From an uncultured Planctomycetota bacterium (GTDB taxonomy: Bacteria; Planctomycetota; Planctomycetia; Isosphaerales; Isosphaeraceae): DNA of 64,000 nt. The stretch lies in NCBI GenBank assembly GCA_963823665.1, contig CAWGMQ010000004.1:1216001-1280000 (forward strand). Reading direction: 5' to 3'. The position numbers and the translations under genes were made by a program. Position 1 is the first letter of the stretch; each line of letters starts with the position of its first letter. Under the pieces are notes generated by a model that searched no databases, had not been told where the DNA came from, and was given only the letters and a program-made list of their open reading frames with translations. Positions 52,244 through 62,862 of the stretch are shown here, in pieces.

Positions 52244-53025
52244 GTATCTTTCGCGACAATCTGTTTGCGGGAAAAGTTGCCCTGGTCACCGGCGGGGCGA
52301 CGGGAATCGGCCTTGGCATCGCGACGGCGCTTGCACAGCATGGCGCTTCCCTGGCGCTTGCCAGCCGGAATGAAGAAAACCTTCAAGTTGCCGCGAGGCA
52401 TATCCGAGAATCGACAAAACAACGATGCTTGACGATCGTCACCGACGTTCGTCAGCCGGAAGCGGTTGGGGCGGCCGTGACGCGCATCGTCCAGGAACTG
52501 GGCTCGCTCGATCTCGTGATCAACAATGCAGCCGGAAACTTCTTTTGCCCATCCGCCAAGCTGAGCCCCAACGGCTTCGGCACAGTGATCGACATCGACG
52601 CCAAGGGCACCTGGAATGTCTCCCGAGCTGCGTATGACGCGTGGCTCGGAGCGCACGGAGGAACTATCCTGAACATCAGCGCCACGCTGCACTACGGCGG
52701 CACGCCCGGCCAGGCACACGTCGCCGCCGCCAAGGCGGCCGTGGATGCGCTCACGCGCACGCTCGCCGTGGAGTGGGGCCCTCAAAACATCCGAGTGAAC
52801 GCCATAGCCCCCGGCCCAATTGGAGACACCGAAGGCGTGCGCCGTCTCTTACCCGGCGAGGCCGCAGAAAAAATGCGCCAGGTCATCCCAACTCGAAAGC
52901 TCGGCGCGATCAGCGACATCGTGAGCGCGGCCTTGTTCCTGCTCAGCGACGCGGCCGCCAACGTGAACGGAGCCATCCTGGTCTGCGACGGCGGCCTCTC
53001 GCTCACCGGCCGATTCCTCGAATAG
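52240..53025 (+). CDS. SDR, 2,4-dienoyl-CoA reductase (DECR/FadH)-like
   Basis: TGGATGIG, NNAAGNF, LSPNGF, HVAAAKA and IRVNAIAPGPI. Confidence 0.9.
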   Translation: MSIFRDNLFAGKVALVTGGATGIGLGIATALAQHGASLALASRNEENLQVAARHIRESTKQRCLTIVTDVRQPEAVGAAVTRIVQELGSLDLVINNAAGNFFCPSAKLSPNGFGTVIDIDAKGTWNVSRAAYDAWLGAHGGTILNISATLHYGGTPGQAHVAAAKAAVDALTRTLAVEWGPQNIRVNAIAPGPIGDTEGVRRLLPGEAAEKMRQVIPTRKLGAISDIVSAALFLLSDAAANVNGAILVCDGGLSLTGRFLE

Positions 53026-53026
53026 T

Positions 53027-53098
53027 CGATCCTCCAGACCTTTACCTACGACTGTCGGTATTATTACCGACAGTCGTAGGTAAAGGTCTGGAGGATCG
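53027..53098. promoter_or_regulatory. Perfect inverted repeat with 34-bp arms containing BlaI-type operator candidates and the blaI RBS
   Basis: CGATCCTCCAGACCTTTACCTACGACTGTCGGTA-TTAT-TACCGACAGTCGTAGGTAAAGGTCTGGAGGATCG, no mismatches. Confidence 0.9.
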
Positions 53099-53102
53099 CG
53101 TG

Positions 53103-53504
53103 ATGGACGCCCCGCATGGGCTGCCCCCGCTCTCGGAGGCGCAGCTCGAGATCATGAACGTGGTGTGGGACCGCGGCGAGGTGACGGTCGCAGACGTGTG
53201 GAAGGCGCTTTCCGTAGACCGGAAAGTGGCGCGAAACACGGTTCTGACGATGCTCACGCGGCTGGAGGAGAAAGGCTGGCTCGAGCGAGACTCAGTCGAG
53301 CATGCGCATCGGTACCGGGCTGCGCTCCCACGCGATGCTACGCTGGGAACGATGCTCAGCCGCCTGGTCCAGATAGCCTTCGGCGGATCGGCCGAGGGGC
53401 TCTTGGTGGCGCTGTTGCAAGACCGGGGCGTCTCGAAGGAGGAGGCAGCGCGCATTCGCGCGATGATCGATCAGGCCGAAAAACGAGGGAGGCGAAGGCC
53501 ATGA
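53103..53504 (+). CDS. BlaI/MecI/CopY family repressor
   Basis: LSEAQLEIMNVVW, TVLTMLTRLEEKGWL, FGGS; GGAGG RBS. Confidence 0.93.
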   Translation: MDAPHGLPPLSEAQLEIMNVVWDRGEVTVADVWKALSVDRKVARNTVLTMLTRLEEKGWLERDSVEHAHRYRAALPRDATLGTMLSRLVQIAFGGSAEGLLVALLQDRGVSKEEAARIRAMIDQAEKRGRRRP

Positions 53505-56500
53505 GCTGGATTGAACAGTTTGCGCCAGGATCTTACTTCGGCCGGCTGGCGCTCCAGGTTATTGCCCAGGTCACAGGAGTCATCCTGGTTGCGGCCGTCC
53601 TGTCGGAGACGTTCCTCAAGCGAAGAGCGGCGCTGCGCCATCGTCTCTGGCTCTGCTGTCTCGCGTGCATCCTCCTGGGCCCGCCATTAGCCATCGTACT
53701 CGATCACGCAGGGATTGCCCTCGAGATCATTCCCTGGGCGGGGAGCCCGTCTCCTGCGACAGAGAATAATGTCGCTACCGTCGAAAATCTGCGACCGCAG
53801 GTTTCGGCAAGTCCAGCGTGGGAGGTTGCAGCCTACATACGCGAAGTACCCGAGGCGGGCACGACCCAACCGGCCCCGGAGCCAATCGACCTGTCGAGCT
53901 CCATTCCCGCGTCGTCGCCTGCAATTGAAGACCGGGCCATGGAGCCTCTGCCCGGGCCTTCAGTAGCGCCCGCGACGGCGGCGCAGCGCGACGTTGCAAC
54001 CAACATGTTGCAGGTCGCGCTCGGTGGTCTGGTGTTGTTGTGGGCGCTCGGCGTCGCGATCGGTTCCGTGCGGCTCTTGCTCGCCTGGCAACGGCTGAGC
54101 CGGCTCCGTCGTTCACTTGAGACGCTCGATGCTCACAATCTCGAGGCTGTGTTCAACGAGGTTCGTCAGGCGCTTGGGCTTCTCCGGCTGCCGGATGTCT
54201 TCACTTCGTGGGAAGTTTCAGGGCCGGTTGCCATCGGCACCTTCCGCGGGGGAATCGTGCTGCCCCGCACGCTCGCCGGATCGCTGGCACCGAACCAGCT
54301 TCGGGACGTCTTGGTTCACGAATTTGCGCACGTCCTCCGCTGGGACCCGCTGGTCGCGCTCTTGCAGCGGATCGCGGCCGTGGTGTACTGGCCGCATCCG
54401 CTCGTTCATTGGCTCAACCGGCGACTGGCGCGGTCGCGCGAAGAAGTTTGCGACAATTTCGTGCTCCGTTCTGGTGATCCCTGCGAATACGCACGCACGC
54501 TGCTCCAATTATCTGAGGGCCTCTTCGCGGCAAAGGCACAGCGCGTGGGGCTTGCGCTTGCCGAAGGCCGCTGGACGCTGAGCGATCGCATCTCTGGAAT
54601 CCTGGATCCGGGAAGGAATGCGGTGACGGCAGTCAAACCAGGGCCGGCCGCTGCCCTGGCACTCGCCCTGGCGTCGATTTGCATCTTGATAGGTGCAGCG
54701 CGACCGATCTCGGCGAAGCCGCAGGCAAGAGAGATTTCCGACAAAGTAGCTTCTGCAAAGGCACCGGAACGAGCAGTTCGAGGCATCGTTGTGGACGAGA
54801 AAGGCCAGCCCGTGGCAAACGCCAGGGTGTTCCCGGTGCGCTGGGAGAAACGGATCGAGCCCACGACGACGTCGCCGCACGGCTCGTTCCGGCTCGCTCT
54901 GGGAGGTTTGATGTTCCTCGAGGAGGACATCGCCGCCTCCGCGGATGAGGGCGGGCTGATGGGATTGGGCAAGTACGTCGAGCCGAAGAGTAGTTCCGAA
55001 CTCGCGCAGCCGGTTCGAATCGTGCTCAAGCAGAGCCGTGTGACGAAAGTGCATGTTCGCGATGCCAAAGCTCAGCCGGTGATAGGCGCCACGGTGGCCG
55101 CCGTGGGTTCCGACTACCAGGGCGAGACGACGACGGATCAAGCAGGTGACGCTTTGTTGCGGGTTCCGGCTGACGCCCAGGTGCGCTGGCTCGTTGCACG
55201 AAAAGCGGGCGTGGGGTTCGACTACTCCGAGAATGTTCGCTCCACGGGCGCCGACAAGATCCGGCCGTTGCCGCCGGAGGTGACACTGATACTCGAGGGC
55301 GCGCGCTCAGTGCGCATCAAGGCCGTGGATACCGCGGGCCGGCCGGTGCCCGGAGTCGAATTCGCGCCCTGGACGATCGCAAAGCCGCCAAAGCGCGATC
55401 AGGCGAACATCGGAGGCGCCCGGGGATGTACGCACGCACGGACAATTCCGGCGAAGCCACATTTGACTGGCTCCCGCCGGTTGTGGGAGAAGACGTCCCG
55501 TTCTTGATTCTTCCGCGAGAGTACTCCTGCCCGCAGTCGCCGGTTTATCGCTCGGGCGATGACGGAAAGTTGCTCGAGGCGCGACTGCTGCGCAGCACGC
55601 GCATCGCGGGCGTCGTGCGACACGCGGATGGCCGTCCGGCGGCAGGAATGCTGATCCTTGCCGAAGGCCACGGCGCAACCAATCATGATTGCCGGATGCA
55701 CACGCGAACTGCTGGCGATGGCTCATATGCACTCGACGTCTATCCCGAGCAATCGTACATGATCGCCGTTCTGGACGAGCGTTGGGCGGCAAGGACACTT
55801 GCCGGCGTGATCGTGCGAGAAGGAAAGCCACAGACTGGTCTGGACCTTACACTCCTCGCCGGCACGCTCATTCACGGCGTGGTCACGAAAGGCGCGGGCG
55901 GGCCGCCCGTGCATGGCGCGACGATCACGCTGATGGAGCAGGGTCCCGATCTCCCGCCGGCGTTCAAGGCGCCCTTGGCGGCGAAGGACGTTTCCAGATT
56001 GCCTCAGTGGACCACGACCGACGATCTCGGCCGGTATCGATTCCGCGTCGGGCCGGGCCGATACCGGATCAATAGCGGAGACGGCGCAGACGAGCAGATT
56101 GTCGAGGCCCAGGCCGAGATCGTGCGCGATCTTCGTATCAGCGAGTCACTGGAGCGAGAGTCAATTACCGGAACGGCGATCGAGAAAACGCCAGCGGGCG
56201 AGCGGCCCATTCCTGGCGCATTGATCGAAGTCGCGCCGATTGGCAGCAACGGCTTCGATGGCAGGGCCGTTGCAAATGCCCAAGGGCAATTCGAGCTGAC
56301 GCTCAGGCGTGGAGGATCGCGAACGATCCTCGCTCGTGACCCTGGCGGAGCAGTCGCAGGTTTCACGCGCATTGGCCCCGATACGAAGCGAGTGAAAGCC
56401 TACGCCGCGCCGCCCTCGCGGATATCGGGTAGAGTGCTCGACTCGGACGGCCGAGGGGTTTTTGGCCGGCGCATCCAGCTTCTTGTCGATTCCGGTCCGG

Positions 56501-58176
56501 ATTTCCAAACCTCCAGTCGCTTTCCCGCCCATGTGCCAACGGACGCGGACGGGCGGTACGAGTTCCGTGGTATTGCCGTCGGCGCCAACGTCGACGTGCT
56601 CGTTGGGATTGATCAAGATCGCGTGGAACGATCGGGGCTTCTCAATGTCCAGCACGTCGTGGTGCGCGGGCCTGATCCGATCGAAATGGATGACGTTGTC
56701 CTGCGCAAGAAAAAGGAGAACGCCACCGGGCGGACTCAAATGCCTCCGCTTCCTGGCGCGGCCTCCTATCAGCCAGTGGCACCGACCCGGGCCGTGTGCG
56801 AGACCGTGCTGCGTGAAATCGGCCGAGAGCCCGTCACTCCCGACATGATAGATCGCGCCTGGCTGTTCACCCGACCGCAATTCCACTGGCACGCGAACAT
56901 CAAGGAGATAGGCGCGGCCCTCGGTGAACCGCAGATGATCGAGTGGATCGACGAGACCGCTCGCCGGTTGACCGGTAAGCCCGCCGACTCGCTGACGGTC
57001 TTCAAAGGCGCGCTCGACTACGGCTTCGGCTGGTACGATGAAATCGTCAGGGAAAAGATCATCGAATGGCGCGCCGACGCGGTAAGACCCGCAGTAACCG
57101 TTCGAGGAGCCGTCGTTGAACAAGAGAGTGGCAAGCTGATCGCAGGCGCAGTTGTCTATGCATCCGACGGATTGGCACGAACCGACTCCGCGGGCAGGTT
57201 TCAGCTCGAGACGAGGGCTCCGCAGGTGAAGGGGATGATCTGGGTCGAGGCAGAGGGCTTTGCCCTGTGCGAGTACCCCGCACTCGTTGGTCCAGACAAG
57301 CAGGCGGACGTGCGGATCTCGCTCGGCAAGGAGGAACTGATCGCCGGCTTGGTGGTCGGACCGGATGGCCGACCAGTTGCGGAGGCGACTGTCACGGCGA
57401 TCGTCAAACACTTCGAGTTCCGCGCGCCAAACGCGGGAGCGACTGCTGGAGGATCCTCCTTCGGCTTCCCCATCGAGGTGAATACCGGCGCAGACGGCCG
57501 TTTCGTCCTGCGAGGCATACCGCGCGGACTGCGGATAGGCTGGTGGGAGGTCCGGCATCCCGAATTCCAGACGCTCGACTCCAACGGCGACATCCTGTCT
57601 GCCGCAGACTCAATGACGCTCAAGCTGGCGGCCGGCTGCTCGGTTTCGGGTGTTGTCGTCGATGAATCCGGCCGGTCCATTTCCGGCGCCGACGTTCAGA
57701 TTCGATCGCCGTCCAGCTCCGGGCACCAGACGCGGACCCGCACCAACCGCGACGGCCGCTTCCACTTCGGAAACGTCAGTCCGGGCCGGTGGACAGTGCT
57801 CGTGCAACCGCTGCGCCAAGCACCGGTTTACACCACCGTCGTGGCGTCTGCAAATCGGCCCGCGGAAAATCAATTCGTCGTCGGACCAAGCGCATACATC
57901 CTCGGCCGCGTGATCGGACCAGACGGCTCGCCGGTCGAAGGCGCCGCCGTGGGCTGGGCCAAGCCCGTGAACGAACGCGGCCAGGAGATCGAGGCGCTCG
58001 AGCTCAGTCGAACGTCGACCACAGCCAAGGACGGCACGTTTCGATTCGGGCCCATTTCCCAGGGAAACTTTGCACTGACGGGCCTGGCAACACAGCCGCG
58101 GCGGACCGGTCACGTGACCGCCAGCGCAAACACCGTCGACGCCGTGATCCGGCTCGAGCTCGAAAAGAGGCAATAA
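53501..58176 (+). CDS. BlaR1-type M56 metallopeptidase with many carboxypeptidase-regulatory-like beta-sandwich repeats (frameshift near 55425)
   Basis: RHRLW, HEFAH, YWPHPLVHW and REEVCD; repeated G.VVD..G.PV.GA.V and T..DGRF units; ATGA overlap with blaI. Confidence 0.9.
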
Positions 58177-58248
58177 CGGCGATCTCGCCGGGAAAGGTGA
58201 CTTACCGACATCGGATCGGTATGCTCGATCCCTCTCCCGGAGCAAACC

Positions 58249-59229
58249 ATGGCAGGCCGTTTATCCCTCGAAGACAAGCTGGCGGCGCTTCGCGCGATTC
58301 GAGATGCGGAGCCATCGGAAAGTCACAAGTCCGAGTTGAAGCGCTATCTCGGCGACCGGTCAAACCTGGTCGTCGCCTCGGCCGCAACCCTCGCCGGCGA
58401 GCGAGCGTTTCTCGAGCTTCTTGGCGACATGGAGGTCGCGTTCGATCGCTTCCTCGTCGATCCCGTCAAGAACGACAAACTGTGCCGCGCCAAGATCGCC
58501 ATTGTGCAGGCCCTGGATAAGATCGAGCATCTCAAGCGCGACGTCTTCGAGAAGGCTGCCCGTCACATTCAGCTCGAGCCGGCCTGGGGCAAGGAAGACG
58601 ACACCGCGGCGCCGTTGCGCGCTGCGGCGCTCTTTGCACTCGCCAGGATCGGCGGGTCAGACTACCACTGTCTGCTTGTCGACGCATTGACCGACCCCGA
58701 GAAGGACGTGCGGCTTGCCGCAGCCCAGGCGCTGGCCTACGTCGGCACGGAGGCCGCCGGGTTGGTCCTTCGTTTGAAAGCCCGTCTGGGAGATGCCGAC
58801 CCGGACGTGCTCTCCGAGTGCCTGTCCGGCCTCTTGACGATTGGCCCAGAGGCGAACCTTGATTTCGTCTGTGAATTCCTCGGTCCAGCCGACCCCCCTC
58901 GGTGCGAAGCCGCGGCCCTGGCCCTGGGCAAGACCAAGCTGCCCCGTGCCCTCGAAGCGCTCAAGTCCTGCTGGCAAAGATCTTACGAAAAAACGCTCCG
59001 GAACCAGATTCTGCTCGCGATCTCCATGATGCGACTTCCCGCGGCGATCGACTTCCTGCTTGAGCTGGTCGAGTCTGACTCGGAATCGTCAGCACTTTCT
59101 GCCATGACGGCCCTGAAATTCCACCGCTACGACACACGGCTGTGTGAACGCCTTGCGCAAACGGTAAAGAGAACGGCGAGCCGCGCTCTACAATTACAGT
59201 TGGATCGAGATTTCGCGACGACCCCATAG
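58249..59229 (+). CDS. HEAT/PBS-lyase repeat protein
   Basis: LTDPEKDVRLAAAQAL, EAAALALG and other helical repeats. Confidence 0.8.
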   Translation: MAGRLSLEDKLAALRAIRDAEPSESHKSELKRYLGDRSNLVVASAATLAGERAFLELLGDMEVAFDRFLVDPVKNDKLCRAKIAIVQALDKIEHLKRDVFEKAARHIQLEPAWGKEDDTAAPLRAAALFALARIGGSDYHCLLVDALTDPEKDVRLAAAQALAYVGTEAAGLVLRLKARLGDADPDVLSECLSGLLTIGPEANLDFVCEFLGPADPPRCEAAALALGKTKLPRALEALKSCWQRSYEKTLRNQILLAISMMRLPAAIDFLLELVESDSESSALSAMTALKFHRYDTRLCERLAQTVKRTASRALQLQLDRDFATTP

Positions 59230-59442
59230 GCCGGACACGATCGTCGACCACGATTCTGTCCGCTCGTCGAGCAGTAACCGATCGTTAGAGGGACCAACGT
59301 TGCAAAAAAGCTGCACCGACATTCATGCAATGATTCACGTAATCGTGGCGTGTTGCTCGGATGTGGCCCGGTCGGGTACACTGGTAACATGGGCGAAGTC
59401 TGGCCGAAGACGGTGTTGTGCGGGACAACCGGAGTTTGACCG

Positions 59443-60048
59443 ATGGCGGAACGTGGGACTGATGAGGGTCTTCTCGGCGCGGCGCGGGGCGGTTCGCGGG
59501 AGGCGCTCGGAAATGCGCTGGAGGCCAGCCGTCGTTACTTGCTGGCGATTGCGTCGCGCGAGCTCGATCCGGACCTGATGGCCAAAGGCGGGGCGTCGGA
59601 TCTGGTGCAGGAGACATTTCTGGAGGCTCAGCGCGACTTTGCGCGGTTCCGGGGTTCTTCACCGGACGAGCTGCGCGCGTGGCTTCGCCAGGTATTGCTT
59701 CACAACGTCGGGGCGTTCACGCGGCGGTTTCGCGCGACGAGCAAGCGGGCGGTGGGGCTGGAAGTTGCGATTGACGGCGGCGCGTCGTCCGCCGGTACAG
59801 ATGAGCCCAAGGCCGCGTCGAATCTCTCGCCCAGCGGGGTCGCGATCGAGCACGAACAGAGCTCGGCGTTGCGGCGGGCATTGGAACGGCTGCCGGAGGA
59901 GTACCGCCGGGTCGTGTGCCTTCGGTTCGACGAGGATCGATCGTTCGAGGAGATCGGCGAATTGACCGGCCGGTCCCCGAATGCCGCCCGCAAGGTGTGG
60001 GCACGCGCGATGGAGAGGCTGAGGCTGGAATGGGAGAGCCGGTTGTGA
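59443..60048 (+). CDS. ECF sigma factor, planctomycete type (TIGR02984-like)
   Basis: YLLAIA, KGGASDLVQETFLEA..DF..F.G, LRAWLRQVL, SPS and LPEEYRRVV. Confidence 0.93.
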   Translation: MAERGTDEGLLGAARGGSREALGNALEASRRYLLAIASRELDPDLMAKGGASDLVQETFLEAQRDFARFRGSSPDELRAWLRQVLLHNVGAFTRRFRATSKRAVGLEVAIDGGASSAGTDEPKAASNLSPSGVAIEHEQSSALRRALERLPEEYRRVVCLRFDEDRSFEEIGELTGRSPNAARKVWARAMERLRLEWESRL

Positions 60049-62794
60049 CGCTCGACGAAGCAGCCTCACTCCGGGGGAATGACGACGCGGCTCTGTGGCT
60101 GGCGGCCTGCGACGAGCGCCTGGCCTCTGGCGAGCCGATCTCGTCGTTGGAAGGCGTGGGGGTTCCCGCGGCGCTCCGGCCGCACCTCGAAGTCGAAGCG
60201 GCGTGGTGCCAACTGGTGCGGCAGATGTGGCACCATTCCACCGAACCGGAGCCCGCGGCGAAGAATCTTTGGTCCGGAGACAAAGCCCCTATTCTGGAAG
60301 AACATCCGGCCGAGCTGGGCCGGTTCGTGATCCGGCGCGAGCTGGGGCGGGGATCCTTCGGAATCGTGTACCTGGCGTATGACCCGCGGCTGCGGCGCGA
60401 GCTGGCGCTCAAGGTTCCGCGCGGCGAGGTGCTGCTCTCGAGCGAGCTCCGCGCGCGGTTCCGGAACGAGGCGATGGCGGCCGCGGGCCTGGACCACCCC
60501 AATATCGTGCCGGTCTACGAGGCGGGCGAGGACGGGCCGTGCTGTTTCATCGCTTCGGCATACTGTCCGGGCATCACGCTGGCGGCCTGGCTCCGAGGCC
60601 GCAGCACCGTGGTGCCGCACCGGATGGCTGCAAAGCTGGTGGCCACGCTGGCCGAGGCGGTCGAGCATGCGCACCGGCGCGGAGTCTTGCACCGAGACCT
60701 CAAGCCGAGCAATATCTTGCTCGAAATGCCTGCCGACCGGGCCGAGGATCGGCAACAGGACGACGACATCCGCGATCTGGTTCCCCGCGTGACGGACTTC
60801 GGGCTGGCCAAACTTCTGGACGACGAGCTGGCTCCGGGCGCACCACTCAACCCGACGCAGTCCGGCATGCTCGTGGGAACCCCGAGCTACATGGCGCCCG
60901 AGCAGGCCGAAGGAAAGCGCGGCGCGGTCGGCCCAGCGAGTGACATCTACAGCCTGGGCGTGATCCTTTACGAGGTGCTCACCGGCCGGCCGCCGTTCCA
61001 GGGAGATTCGGTGCTGGATACACTGGTCCTGGTGCGTACGCAGGATGTGTTGCCCCCTTCAAAGCTCCGCCAACGCCTGCCGCGCGACCTCGAAACGATC
61101 TGCCTGCACTGCCTGAACCGGCAGCCGCAGGCGCGCTACAGGGCGGCAGGAGAGCTTGCGGAGGACCTGCGGCGCTTCCTCGCCGGCGAACCGATCCGCG
61201 CACGCCCGGCCCACCCGGTTGAGCGGGCCGTTAAATGGGTTCACCGCCATCCGGCGATCGCAGCGCTCGGTGGCGCAACGGCCACGGCCACGATTGCGAT
61301 TGCGATTGTCATCGCGATCGCGACCGTCCGCCTCAAGCACCAGAGAGACCTGGCCGAGAGCCGCCGGCTTGAGGCCGTGGCCAATCTGCAAAAGGCCCGC
61401 CAGGCCGTGGACCGAATGTTGACCCGGGTCAGCGCAGAGCGACTCAAGGACATTCCCCAAGTTGAGCCAGTGCAGCGCGCGCTGCTGGAAGACGCTCTGG
61501 AGTTCTACCGGGAGTTCGCGCGTGACGCCCACGGTGACCCGGAGATTCTGTTCGAGGCGAGCCGGGCCTATCTCAGGCTCGGCGCGCCTACCATGGTTTC
61601 GGCAGGCTGCGCGAGGCCGATTCTTGTGTCCGCGAGGCGCTTGCGATCCAGGAGAAGCTGGTGGCCGCTGCCCCGGCGATCGCAGCCTATGGGCATGAGC
61701 TTGCAAATACCCACATCGCGCTGGCCAGGCTCGCGCGCGACCTCGGCCAGCCCGCTCATGCGCTCGAGTCGTTGCGCAAGGCGACGGCACTGGGCGACAC
61801 AATCTCCGCCGCCGATCCCAACAACGGCAGCTACCAAACGCAGCGCGCCAATTTGGCCAACGTGCGCGGAATGGTTCTCGAGGACATGGGGCAGCGCGAG
61901 GCCGCCGAAGCCGATTATCGCAAGGGCATCGAGTTGCACGATGACCTGGCCGAGCGATTCCCGACAGAGAAGGAGCATCGGACACGTGCGGGCGTGTGCC
62001 GCAACAACCTCACCATTCTGCTGGAAGAATCCGGCCGGCTTGAAGAGGCCGAGGCGATCTACCGGCAGAGTATCAAACTCTGGGAAGCTCTGGCCGCCGG
62101 TGAACCCGCACATGCCGATCATCGCTCCAAGCTGGCGCTCACCGAGGCCAACCTGGCGGTGCTGCTGGAGAAGACCAGCCGTACGAGCGAGGCAGAGCGA
62201 AGCCTCCAGCGCGCTGCCGTTCTGCGCGCGTCCCTGACGAAGGACTTCCCGAACACGCCCTGGCATTTCGTCAAGCTGGCTGAAGCTCACCGCAGACTGT
62301 CCGAGCTGCAAGCCGATCGCGGTGACTTTGCGGAAACCCGCAAGCTGCGAGAGCAGGCCGTCGCGGCCGCGCGAGCAGCACGGGCGATCGCCCCGGAAAA
62401 CGTGGAATTCCGCCGTCTGCTTGCCTCGGAGTGCGCCAGCCTTGTCGAGACGTTGATCTCCCTCAAGAAGCATGACGAAGCAACCCGATATACCGCGGAG
62501 TTCGCCTCGCTTTCTCACGATTCAGCGATTGAGACACTGCACGCCGGTTCGTTCATGGCGCAATGCGTTCCGCTGGCTGCGGCCGATCCCGATCTCCCGG
62601 GCTCACGCCGAGCCGAGCTTGCGGAGGCCTATGCGAAGCGAGCGATCGAGCTCGTTGGCGAAGCGGCGAGAAAGGGTTATCGCGACGTCGATGCGGTTCG
62701 GAAGGACAAAGGCTTTGATTCATTACGGGCGCGGCCGGATTTCGGCGCTTTGGTAGCCGGGATGGTGACGGCGCCGGACGCGAGCGCACGTTGA
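60045..62794 (+). CDS. Ser/Thr kinase with TM segment and TPR C-terminus (frameshift near 61585)
   Basis: GRGSFG, ALKVPR, HRDLKPSN, DFGLAK and GTPSYMAPE; TPRs in ORF 61661-62794; GTGA overlap with the ECF gene. Confidence 0.92.
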
Positions 62795-62862
62795 GGGCTC
62801 GCCGCAAGCTCGCGCGGTGAACCGAGGCGCTATGCACGAAATATCTCACGCCGCCTTCGTCG

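Noticed and set aside
53027..53098. Intrinsic terminator or MITE
   Set aside because: No U-tract after the stem, no target-site duplication, and the right arm contains the RBS of the next gene
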